Of a stretch of DNA of 64,000 nt, positions 49,080 through 57,936 are shown piece by piece; the stretch's first letter is position 1, and each line of letters begins with the position of its first letter. The stretch spans positions 6,402-70,401 of the forward strand of contig JBJXEY010000163.1 of assembly GCA_046153355.1 (NCBI GenBank). Reading direction: 5' to 3'. The stretch comes from Burkholderiales bacterium (lineage in GTDB: Bacteria > Pseudomonadota > Gammaproteobacteria > Burkholderiales > SG8-39). Under the pieces are notes generated by a model that saw nothing but the letters and a program-made list of their open reading frames with translations, was not told the DNA's origin and did not search any database. A program made the position numbers and the translations under genes.

Positions 49080-50987
49080 TCAACCGCGCGCCGGCGCCGC
49101 GCATTGGCCATGCAACGCGTAGTGCCGGGCGGCGGCAAGCGAAGGGTCATCGCGGCTGCCCGGATAAATATCTACCCTGTCCTCCACCTTGCACTGTGCT
49201 GGGATGCCCATGGTGTATTGCCCCTCGCCGCGCGCGTTCCCAAGTTCAAAGGAAATCAGCAGGAAATCGGTGCCGCGAAAGCGCAGCGGTCGGAAGCCAT
49301 AGGGCTTCCCGCAGGTCGTCTGACCGATGGTGACCACCTCAACAAACGGTCTGAGCCCATTAATCAGCGCCTCGCTCGATGAACAGGTCATGCCGCCGGT
49401 AAGGATGAAAACCCTGCGCAGGCCTAGCGCGTGAGGGCGCGAATCAAATCGCCCGCTATTCCAGTTCAAATCGCGATAGCGCTCATTGTGCCGCTCGGTA
49501 ATGAGGGCTTCTCCAGATAGCATGGGACTGGCGATCAGGCTAGCAAGGTGTGTTGCCGCATTGGTGGTGCCACCAAGGTTGTAGCGAAGATCGATCACCA
49601 GCTCGCGGATGCCCGCCGCGCTGAACTCCCTGAACGCCGCATCGGTGCTATCGCGGAAGCGTCGGGCAAAACCATCCAGATACAGGTAGCCCACCGGCGT
49701 GGCGTCCCAATTTAGAACGCTTGAGGTGACCGCCCGCTCGTCGCCGCTGCCAAGGTTCACGGTACGCGTGGTTTTGCCCGGTGGAATGCGGAACACGGCA
49801 TTGCCCTCGGCCGTCGGTTCGTCAACCAAGATCCAGCCGCGCTCTACACCAGCTCGCCCGGCGCCACTGGCGGGGTTTACCTGCGTCACCCAATAACCGT
49901 TTTCGCCATAGGCAACGCTGAAGCCGAAATACTTTTCCCGGCCGAAAAGCTTTTCAGCTGGTACAGCGCGGCTAAATCGATCCGCCGGGAGCCGTGCGGC
50001 GCGAATGAATTCGCCGGCATCAAGACCTGCCCCAGGCTCCGCCGGAAGTTGATCCGCCCACAAGTACGAGTCACGCATCGCAAACCACGCAAACTGCGCC
50101 CTCGACATAGGCAACAAGGCGCTGTTCCAAGAAACCATACGAGCCACTTCCAGATTCAGCAGCGAACCGACGATCCCGAGGGCGGCAAACCAGAACGCGG
50201 CAAACCAAACGAGGCCTTGCAGGACCACCGTGACGCGCAATGGCCGTGGCGCGTCGGAGTAATGCGCCATCACCAGCGCGCCTGGCAGACCCAGCCAGCC
50301 CCATGACACCCAAGATTTGTCATTCGATAACTGATGCACGCACCACACCGCCAGCACCAGCGCTGCCGCATCAAATAGCAGCGTGCGTAGCCGCAGAGGG
50401 ATACCCCCAGCCCGATGCAGCATGGCCGAGGTGAAAACGCCCAGCAGCGCCGCAACCAAAAGGAGCGGCAGGGTGTCATTCCAGTCGATTGGAAGAAACA
50501 GTACGAACGAACGCCGCAGCAAGACCAGCAGGCAAAGCATGGCGCCGCCATACGCCAATCGCAACATGCCGGTGGGACATTCAATGGCGAAACGCCACGG
50601 CAAACCGCGATGCCACAAGCAGGCAATAGCCACGGCAAACCCCGCGACCCAACCGGTCAACCAATCGCCGTACTTGGTGGGCGCGCCCCAGTCGAGGAGA
50701 TCGAAGAGGCCGGCAGATGCTAGCGCCAACCCAATGGCCTGCAACCAGAGGTTGTTTCGTTGCGGCAGCAGGTTGACCACGAGCAAAACCAGGCCGACAA
50801 GGATCGTCGCCCCTTCAACCCGAAACCAGACAAACCAACCGGCGAAATCAGCCGCCGCCAACAACAACGCGAAGAAGGCCGCGAACATGAGCGAGGGCGC
50901 GTGCGCATCTTCATTCCCATTCCAAGAAGCTCCCCGATCACCAATTGATTCGGGTGTATTGCAAACAACATCGACGCGGGGATTCAC
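49080..50987 (-). CDS. S41-family serine peptidase fused to an N-terminal ~290-aa polytopic membrane domain
   Basis: C-terminal half: LVIDLRYNLGG, GGMTCSSSEALINGL (Ser), IGQTTCGKPYG (Lys). N-terminal half: about 8-9 hydrophobic helices. Start may be Met34. Confidence 0.75.
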   Translation of the reverse strand: MNPRVDVVCNTPESIGDRGASWNGNEDAHAPSLMFAAFFALLLAAADFAGWFVWFRVEGATILVGLVLLVVNLLPQRNNLWLQAIGLALASAGLFDLLDWGAPTKYGDWLTGWVAGFAVAIACLWHRGLPWRFAIECPTGMLRLAYGGAMLCLLVLLRRSFVLFLPIDWNDTLPLLLVAALLGVFTSAMLHRAGGIPLRLRTLLFDAAALVLAVWCVHQLSNDKSWVSWGWLGLPGALVMAHYSDAPRPLRVTVVLQGLVWFAAFWFAALGIVGSLLNLEVARMVSWNSALLPMSRAQFAWFAMRDSYLWADQLPAEPGAGLDAGEFIRAARLPADRFSRAVPAEKLFGREKYFGFSVAYGENGYWVTQVNPASGAGRAGVERGWILVDEPTAEGNAVFRIPPGKTTRTVNLGSGDERAVTSSVLNWDATPVGYLYLDGFARRFRDSTDAAFREFSAAGIRELVIDLRYNLGGTTNAATHLASLIASPMLSGEALITERHNERYRDLNWNSGRFDSRPHALGLRRVFILTGGMTCSSSEALINGLRPFVEVVTIGQTTCGKPYGFRPLRFRGTDFLLISFELGNARGEGQYTMGIPAQCKVEDRVDIYPGSRDDPSLAAARHYALHGQCAAPARG

Positions 50988-51336
50988 TGTGGTCCTGGAA
51001 AACTTTGATCCATCCTCTTGCGGCCCGAATAGCTACCGCGCATCCGCGAATTATCGCAACGGGAATAGAAATTAACTATCGACAAGGTAGAAAAATACAA
51101 TTTCCCCTACAACCCGTGGGTTTCTATAGTGCCGCTGTCAGCGGCAATAGCCTTGTCATACTCATCAACATAGAGGAAACCGCCACATGAAACTCATAGG
51201 AAATCAGAAAGCACTGAACGAACTGGGCTAGAGTAATGGGCCGCCCGCGCTACTGACCGGCGCAATTCGTCGGCGCTTTTCGCCAGCACTCGACGGGCGG
51301 CCACTTCAGCACCAAGGCAACAACAAAAGGAACATC

Positions 51337-52662
51337 ATGGCTCAAGAAGGTAATCTCCAAGCGCCCACCCGCCACGCCCTCGACTGGCAGAACCCCGATT
51401 TCTTCAATGAAGAATCGCTGCACAAGGAGATGGAGCGCGTTTTCGACATTTGTCACGGCTGCCGCCGCTGCGTGAGTCTTTGTCAATCGTTCCCCACGTT
51501 GTTTGACTTAGTCGACGAATGCGAATCCATGGAAGTCGATGGCGTCAAGAAAGAGGATTACAAAAAGGTTGTAGATCATTGTTACCTGTGCGACCTGTGT
51601 TACATGACCAAATGCCCGTACGTGCCACCCCACGCGTGGAATGTGGATTTTCCGCATCTGATGCTGCGTGCCAAAGCGGTCGAATACCAAAAGGGCGGCA
51701 CGAAACTTCGCGACAAGATCCTCACCAGCACCGATGTGGTGGGTAGTTTCGTTGGCATCCCCATCGTTGCGCCCACCGTCAATGCGGTCAATAAAGTTGG
51801 CGTGGCACGCAAGGCATTGCAGGCGGTGGCGGAAATTCACGCCGACGCCTGGCTACCGGAATTCGTAAGTAAAAGTTTGCGCAGCCGCCTCAAAAAACTG
51901 CCCAGCGACACCACGGGAGAAGTCGCCGGCAAAACCAAAGGCAAAGTGGCGCTGTTTGCCACCTGTTACATGAACCGCAACGAGCCTGGCCCCGGCGAAG
52001 ACATGGCCGTCGTATTTGCGCATAACAGCATTCCGCTCACCATCGCGACAAAGGAACGTTGCTGCGGCATGCCTAAGCTGGAGTTGGGCGATCTCGAATC
52101 AGTCAAGGCCGCGAAGGAATTCAACATTCCGGTGCTCGCCAAAATGGTCGATGAGGGCTGGGATCTCACCGCGTTGATCCCCTCTTGTGTGCTGATGTTC
52201 AAGCAGGAACTGCCCTTGATGTTCCCCAACGACTCTGAGGTACAAAAGGTGAAAGCGGCGTTTTACGACCCGTTTGAATACCTGATGCTGCGCCACAAAG
52301 AAGGCAAGCTGAACACCGATTTCAAACAAGGCTTGGGTAAGGTGGCCTATCAGGCGGCATGCCATCAGCGCGTGCAGAACATTGGCCCAAAAACAAAGGA
52401 GATTCTTTCGCTCATTCCTGACACCAAAGTCGATATGATCGAGCGCTGCTCCGGGCACGATGGCACCTATGCGGTGAAAAAGGAATTTCATGAATTCGCC
52501 ATGAAAATCGTCAAGCCAGTGGTGGCCCGCGTCAATGACGCCAAACCCGATCACTATGGTTCCGACTGTGCGATGGCCGGTCATCACATCGCCCATGCGC
52601 GCGCCGACGGCAGCGCGCCTGAACACCCCATGACTTTGTTACGCATGGCCTACGGCCTTTGA
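51337..52662 (+). CDS. HdrD/GlpC-like (Fe-S)-binding protein with two CCG domains
   Basis: CHGCRRCVSLC and CYLCDLCYMTKCP 4Fe-4S motifs; CCGMP and CSGHDG cysteine-rich (CCG) domains. Confidence 0.8.
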   Translation: MAQEGNLQAPTRHALDWQNPDFFNEESLHKEMERVFDICHGCRRCVSLCQSFPTLFDLVDECESMEVDGVKKEDYKKVVDHCYLCDLCYMTKCPYVPPHAWNVDFPHLMLRAKAVEYQKGGTKLRDKILTSTDVVGSFVGIPIVAPTVNAVNKVGVARKALQAVAEIHADAWLPEFVSKSLRSRLKKLPSDTTGEVAGKTKGKVALFATCYMNRNEPGPGEDMAVVFAHNSIPLTIATKERCCGMPKLELGDLESVKAAKEFNIPVLAKMVDEGWDLTALIPSCVLMFKQELPLMFPNDSEVQKVKAAFYDPFEYLMLRHKEGKLNTDFKQGLGKVAYQAACHQRVQNIGPKTKEILSLIPDTKVDMIERCSGHDGTYAVKKEFHEFAMKIVKPVVARVNDAKPDHYGSDCAMAGHHIAHARADGSAPEHPMTLLRMAYGL

Positions 52663-52670
52663 AAGAAACT

Positions 52671-53246
52671 ATGCTCACCCACGAAGACTTGTTTAGCCTG
52701 GAAAAATACGCGCGCGAGCGCACCGCGTTTCGCGCCAAGGTCATGGCGCACAAGGACCAGCGCCGCGTTGCGCTAGGAGAGAACGCCAACCTATATTTCG
52801 AGGACGCGCTCACCATGCAATACCAGGTGCAGGAAATGCTGCGCCTGGAGCGGATTTTTGAACCTGAGAAAATCCAAGAGGAACTGGATGCCTACAACCC
52901 GCTGATCCCCAATGGCAGCAATTGGAAAGCCACCTTCATGCTCGAGTATGGCGATGAGGCCGAGCGCAAGGTTGCCTTGGCGAAGCTAGTTGGCATCGAC
53001 AGCGCGGTGTGGATGCAGGTGGGCGCGTTGGAGAAAATCCGCCCCATTGCCAACGAAGATCTGGAGCGCAACACCGAGGAGAAAACCGCTGCGGTGCATT
53101 TCTTGCGCTTTGAACTGACGACGGAAATGGTGGCCGCAGTGAAGGGCGGCGCGCCGATACGTGCCGGCATTGATCACGCCAATTACCAGGCGAACGTCCA
53201 ACTAAGCGAAACGACGCGTGCCTCACTGGCGCGGGACCTGGCATAA
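52671..53246 (+). CDS. DUF3501-like protein
   Basis: About 190 aa, follows the Fe-S gene by 8 nt. N-terminal L(T)xEDLFSLEKYAxxRxxFRxKVxxHKxxRRVALG resembles DUF3501 as I remember it; needs an HMM check. Confidence 0.45.
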   Translation: MLTHEDLFSLEKYARERTAFRAKVMAHKDQRRVALGENANLYFEDALTMQYQVQEMLRLERIFEPEKIQEELDAYNPLIPNGSNWKATFMLEYGDEAERKVALAKLVGIDSAVWMQVGALEKIRPIANEDLERNTEEKTAAVHFLRFELTTEMVAAVKGGAPIRAGIDHANYQANVQLSETTRASLARDLA

Positions 53247-53321
53247 CCTGCCTAGGGATACTTGAGCGGTGTAACGGCGATTAGCAAAGCCAATCAATTC
53301 GCCAGGGTTCTTGCCGAATTC

Positions 53322-54698
53322 TTAATGATTTTTAGTGGCTGCTTTAATACTGGCGCCACTAACATAAAGAAAATAAGTCATCGCTAGGATATTTGCCACG
53401 ACCAGCGCGCAAGCTGCACCCACCCAGAAACCCTTGGCACCCATGGGCGTGGCAATTCCCAGCCAGCTCAGATCCACGCTCTTCAGGGCAAATAAATAGC
53501 CGCCGCCCAGGCCAACGCCCCACAACGCAAATGCGTTGCAAAACATCGGCACCAGCGCGCGCTTGTAGCCGCGCAACACGTTGATCGCCACGGCCTGCAC
53601 CGCGTCCAAGGCGTGATACACCGCCACCACCGATAGCAATGTGGCGGCAATGGCGATCACCTTGGCATCCGGTGAATAAATCGCGGCGACTCGGTCGCTG
53701 GTAAAAAACAACAGCATACCCACGCAACAGCCAACGCCAAATGCCGTCGCAATGCCCACCAGCGCCGTTGAGCGCGCGCGCACGAAATCTTTAGCGCCAA
53801 TCGCCTGCCCCACCAACACGCTCGCGGCATTGCCAATCGCCAAGGGAAGCATGTAGAGAATCGCGGCAAAGTTGCCGGCGATCTGATGCGCCGCCGAATT
53901 GAGGGGCCCCAATTGCGCTACGAACAAGGCCATGAAGGTAAATGCGGTGACATCGATAAAAAACGTCAACCCAATCGGCAAGCCCAGTGACACCAGGTGC
54001 CCGATGCGTTTGAGATCCGGCCAGGACCAGCGCTCGAACACCTTGTAGCGGTCGTAATCGTGATCGGTGTAGCACCAGTACCAGGCGGCGATCACGATGC
54101 CCCAGGAAATTACCGCAGTGGCCACCGCGCAACCCACACCACCCATTTCCGGCATACCGAAATAGCCATACATAAAAATCAGGTTCAACGGAATCTTGAA
54201 GAGCAAGCCCGCCAGATTCAACATCATGATGGTGCGCGGTTTCGACACCGCCGAACTCAGGCCGTAGAAAATCCGAAATGCCAAGGTCGCCGGCACCGCC
54301 CACGACAATGCCGCCAGATACGCCCGCGTACGCACCTCTACCTCGGGTTCGAGTTGGGTCAACGCAAAAAACGGATCGGGATATTGCAACGCCAGGAAAC
54401 AAAGCAGCGTCAACAGCAAGGCCAACCACGAACATTGGCGCACCTCTTCGCCAATTTCGCCAAAGCGCCCCGCACCGTAGAGCTGCGCGACGGTGGGCGT
54501 GAGAGCCAGCAGAATCCCCATCATCGCGACGAAAATGCTCATGTAAATCGATGCACCCACACCGATACCGGCTAGATCCAGCGTGCTGTAGCGCCCGGCC
54601 ATGATGGTGTCGATAAAACCATTGGCCATCACCGCCATCTGGCCGACAAACATCGGCCAGCCGAGGCGAAAGATGTCTTTGAGGAGATGTCTAGACAT
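53322..54698 (-). CDS. MATE family efflux transporter
   Basis: 458 aa, 12 TM, N-terminal LGWPMFVGQMAVMANGFIDTIMAG typical of NorM/DinF. Confidence 0.9.
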   Translation of the reverse strand: MSRHLLKDIFRLGWPMFVGQMAVMANGFIDTIMAGRYSTLDLAGIGVGASIYMSIFVAMMGILLALTPTVAQLYGAGRFGEIGEEVRQCSWLALLLTLLCFLALQYPDPFFALTQLEPEVEVRTRAYLAALSWAVPATLAFRIFYGLSSAVSKPRTIMMLNLAGLLFKIPLNLIFMYGYFGMPEMGGVGCAVATAVISWGIVIAAWYWCYTDHDYDRYKVFERWSWPDLKRIGHLVSLGLPIGLTFFIDVTAFTFMALFVAQLGPLNSAAHQIAGNFAAILYMLPLAIGNAASVLVGQAIGAKDFVRARSTALVGIATAFGVGCCVGMLLFFTSDRVAAIYSPDAKVIAIAATLLSVVAVYHALDAVQAVAINVLRGYKRALVPMFCNAFALWGVGLGGGYLFALKSVDLSWLGIATPMGAKGFWVGAACALVVANILAMTYFLYVSGASIKAATKNH

Positions 54699-54743
54699 GA
54701 AGTTTCAGATTCGAAAATATCGCCACAGTATTTGACTCAAAAA

Positions 54744-55373
54744 TCAACGCCGCTCCAAAACCACCGCCAACTCAAACATTCCGCCAATAAACGGATGATC
54801 GACGCGATCATAGGGCGGCTTGGGCCAATGCCAACGTGGTTCGGGAAACAAGGCGCGCATGGCGTGGATATCGCAGTGATAGGGTGGTCCTTCGATCTTG
54901 CCATTGGCGGCGTTTGGGCGCGACACTTGTGCGAACAAGGCATACAGGTTCCCGCCGGGGCGCAACCAGGTGTGAAGCTGCGCTGCATAGGCGACCCATT
55001 GATCCGGATGAATTGCGCATAGGCAAGTTTGCTCGTAGATAGCATCGAAGGGCTGTGTCGGCAACCAGGCCAAAGCATCCGCTTGAATGACTTCTGCTTT
55101 GAGCGATGCCGAGGCCAACCGGTCGCGAGTTCGTTCGATGGCGGCTTGCGCGTAGTCGATAGCCGTGACATCAAATCCGCGTTCGGCGAGCAAACGCACC
55201 TCGTGACCCGAGCCACAACCTGGCACGAGAATCCGACAAGGTTGCAGCGCGGCCCGATCAAGCCAGGCGGCCAATTGAGGGCTTGCCACTCGCCTATCCC
55301 ATGGCGTTTCGTCACGTAAAAAACGCTCTTGCCAAAAAGTCACATCAGGGCCGGCCATTGATTTCTTCACCAT
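54744..55373 (-). CDS. Thiopurine S-methyltransferase (TPMT)-family SAM-dependent methyltransferase
   Basis: FWQERF...TPWD..., RILVPGCGSGHEVRLLAERGFDVTAIDY. Confidence 0.7.
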   Translation of the reverse strand: MVKKSMAGPDVTFWQERFLRDETPWDRRVASPQLAAWLDRAALQPCRILVPGCGSGHEVRLLAERGFDVTAIDYAQAAIERTRDRLASASLKAEVIQADALAWLPTQPFDAIYEQTCLCAIHPDQWVAYAAQLHTWLRPGGNLYALFAQVSRPNAANGKIEGPPYHCDIHAMRALFPEPRWHWPKPPYDRVDHPFIGGMFELAVVLERR

Positions 55374-55495
55374 TGATACGCCATCGTGGCCGCGACACTA
55401 TAACGTCTAGCCAAGCCTCACAGTCCACGCCAAATCGATACGGGAAACTTCGCCATAATGGTGACTACGCAAAATCATTGAACCAGGAGAACGCA

Positions 55496-56488
55496 TTGAT
55501 CACGTTGCACCGCCTACTACAAGCCCAAGATACTGCCACCAGCGCCGGAGGGTCCAGCGAGAAACGACGCATCGACGTGCATCACCACATCGCGCCGCCG
55601 GTGTATGTGGAGGAGCTGGCGCCGATGAAACGCCTCACCCCGCAATCGGTAGCCTGGACGATTCAAAAATCCATCGATCAGATGGATGAAGCCGGCGTGG
55701 CAACCTCGATCACCTCTGTGACCACACCTGGCCTGTGGTTGGGTTCGCACGCCTCGGCGCGACGCCTGGCGCGCGCCTGCAACGAGTACGCGGCGAAAAT
55801 GGTCGCGGATCATCCTGGCCGTTTTGGCATGTTTGTCAATGTGCCACTGCCGGACGTGGAAGGCGCGTTGATGGAAATTGCCTACGGCATGGATGTTTTA
55901 AAAGCCGATGGTGTGTCGCTATTCACCAGTTATATCGATAAGTGGCTTGGCGACCCGAAGTTCGACGAGGTGTTCGCGGAGCTGAATCGTCGCAAAGCGG
56001 TGGTCTACACCCACCCCATTTCCTGTGCGTGCTGTACTAATCTCGTTCCCGGCATACCCGATGCGGCCATCGAATACGGCACTGACACCAGCCGTGCGAT
56101 TGCCCGTTTTATTTTCAGCGGCAGTGCCAAGCGTTACCCGGATATCAAAATCATCTGGTCGCACGGTGGTGGGACGATGCCGTTCTTGATCGACCGTTAT
56201 CACGCCATGGCGCGCTTGCCGCAGCATAAGGAAATCACCCCGGATGGCTTCCTGCCGGTGGCGCGCAAGTTCTACTACGACACCGCACAGATTCCCAATA
56301 AGCCCGCGTTGATGGCGTTAAAGGAAGTGGTCACCGCCGACAACATATTGTTTGGCACCGATTTCCCATGGTTGACCTCGGCCCACCATGTCAAAGGCAT
56401 TACCGGATCGGGCGTGTTTAGCCCGGACGAGTTACGCGCCATTGACTACGGCAACACCTTGAGAATTTTGCCGAAATACGCGCGCTAA
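55496..56488 (+). CDS. Amidohydrolase-2 (ACMSD/LigW-like) family protein, paralogue A
   Basis: RIDVHHH metal motif, WSHGGGTMPF, GTDFPW. TTG 55496 preceded by aggaga. The upstream part of the 401-aa ORF overlaps the TPMT-like gene. Confidence 0.75.
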   Translation: MITLHRLLQAQDTATSAGGSSEKRRIDVHHHIAPPVYVEELAPMKRLTPQSVAWTIQKSIDQMDEAGVATSITSVTTPGLWLGSHASARRLARACNEYAAKMVADHPGRFGMFVNVPLPDVEGALMEIAYGMDVLKADGVSLFTSYIDKWLGDPKFDEVFAELNRRKAVVYTHPISCACCTNLVPGIPDAAIEYGTDTSRAIARFIFSGSAKRYPDIKIIWSHGGGTMPFLIDRYHAMARLPQHKEITPDGFLPVARKFYYDTAQIPNKPALMALKEVVTADNILFGTDFPWLTSAHHVKGITGSGVFSPDELRAIDYGNTLRILPKYAR

Positions 56489-56705
56489 GACATCAAAGCG
56501 CTGCTTCAACTGGTTCGGCAACGCCGTCGCTCACCCGAACAGCCAATGTCGGCGCCAGCGTCGTTCCAGTCGAGTAGGTTGCCTTGCGGGTCGCAAGTCT
56601 GCGCATGAATTTTCGAATAGCAAGAAGGGGTTACGCCGCGCACCGTCCCGGATAACGATGACGCGGGTTTGATTTATGTTCTGCCGTTTGGGTAAGCCCA
56701 CAGCC

Positions 56706-56763
56706 CTGATAAGCCCTCTTTTATCGCGAATTATCAGAGTCCGTCGTGATAAAGTGCGATAAA
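56706..56763. repeat. Nested GATAA-containing inverted repeats covering the ATPase start codon
   Basis: ctgataa(56706-12)/ttatcag(56731-37); tttatcgc(56720-27)/gcgataaa(56756-63); ttatca(56731-36)/tgataa(56747-52). Confidence 0.75.
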
Positions 56764-57917
56764 TGAACCACTTCCCTCGCCCCACTCTGGCCGCCGCTAT
56801 TGCCGACGAACTCAGCGGCAAGACGGTGTTATCCGACGCCCAGAACGGGCTCTTCCTGGCGGGTCCGCGCCGTACCGGAAAAACGGAATTCCTACGTCAA
56901 GATTTGAAGCCGGAGCTTGAGCGGCGCGGCATGCTGGTGATTTACGTTGATTTATGGGAAGACAAAACGCGCTCACCGCTCGCGTCGATCGCGGCGTCCC
57001 TGGCGCAGGCGGTAGAAAACAATCTTAGTGGCGTTGCAGGTTTTGTGAAGGGTGCCGGCATCGACAAAATCAGTTTACCAGGCGGGTTCAACTTCGATCT
57101 TTCCAAAATCGGCAAGACCGATGGCTTAACGCTTTATCAAATCCTCAACGTGCTGCATCAGGCCAGCAAAAAACCCGTCGTGTTGATTGTCGATGAGGCG
57201 CAACACGCGTTGACCAACGACGATGGCGATGCGGCAATGAGTGCGTTGAAATCGGCGCGCGACCAGATGCGAAGCGATGGCAAGTCCAAGCTGCTCTTGG
57301 TGATGTCCGGTTCGCACCGCGACAAGCTGATGCGCCTGCTCAATAGCGCGGCGACACCATTTTGGGGATCGCAAGTACGCCCGCTGCCGCTCCTGGAGGC
57401 CGATTTCGTCGCGCACCTGACGCGCACGGTGCGGCAGGAAAAACCGGAACTCGCCTCGGTGCGCCAAAGCGTCATGGAGGAGGCTTTCACGCACATGGGC
57501 CATCAACCACAATTTCTGCTGGATGCGATTCGCAGCGTATTGCCCGCCTCGAACGATGGCGCGGCATTCGAGAGCGCACTGCTCGCGCTCGCAAAAGAGC
57601 GGCGCGCGACTGAACGCGAAGAGTTGACCAATACCTATTTGCGGTTACCTCCGTTGCAACAAGCCGTGTTGCAACGCCTCTTGGAGCAAGGCGAGAACTA
57701 CCGCGCGTTCGATGCGAAGTCTTTGGCGTTTTATGGAGCACATAGCGTCACCAAAGTGTCGGTGGCACAGGTGCAGCGCGCCCTGGATGCATTGCGCGAT
57801 AACGACCCGCCGCTGGTGTGGAAGTCGCTGCGTGGCGACTATTCCGTGTACGACCAAGCATTAAGCGGCTGGTATGCCTACCTGGTGGCTAGCAACAATT
57901 GGCCGCCGCGCCACTGA
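56763..57917 (+). CDS. Orphan P-loop ATPase (AAA/ATPase_2-like) with C-terminal helical/wHTH-like region
   Basis: Walker A GPRRTGKT, Walker B VVLIVDEAQH; no recognisable partner gene. Confidence 0.6.
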   Translation: MNHFPRPTLAAAIADELSGKTVLSDAQNGLFLAGPRRTGKTEFLRQDLKPELERRGMLVIYVDLWEDKTRSPLASIAASLAQAVENNLSGVAGFVKGAGIDKISLPGGFNFDLSKIGKTDGLTLYQILNVLHQASKKPVVLIVDEAQHALTNDDGDAAMSALKSARDQMRSDGKSKLLLVMSGSHRDKLMRLLNSAATPFWGSQVRPLPLLEADFVAHLTRTVRQEKPELASVRQSVMEEAFTHMGHQPQFLLDAIRSVLPASNDGAAFESALLALAKERRATEREELTNTYLRLPPLQQAVLQRLLEQGENYRAFDAKSLAFYGAHSVTKVSVAQVQRALDALRDNDPPLVWKSLRGDYSVYDQALSGWYAYLVASNNWPPRH

Positions 57918-57936
57918 ATGAGTTGCGAATCCTTCT

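Noticed and set aside
51198-51242. 14-codon ORF (MKLIGNQKALNELG) with agaggaa upstream in the S41/Fe-S intergenic region
   Set aside because: It is too short and featureless to support. It has no hydrophobic or regulatory-codon bias and no associated terminator.
54737-55315. 192-aa minus-strand ORF in an alternative frame of the TPMT-like gene
   Set aside because: The 209-aa frame carries the TPMT motifs; this frame has none.
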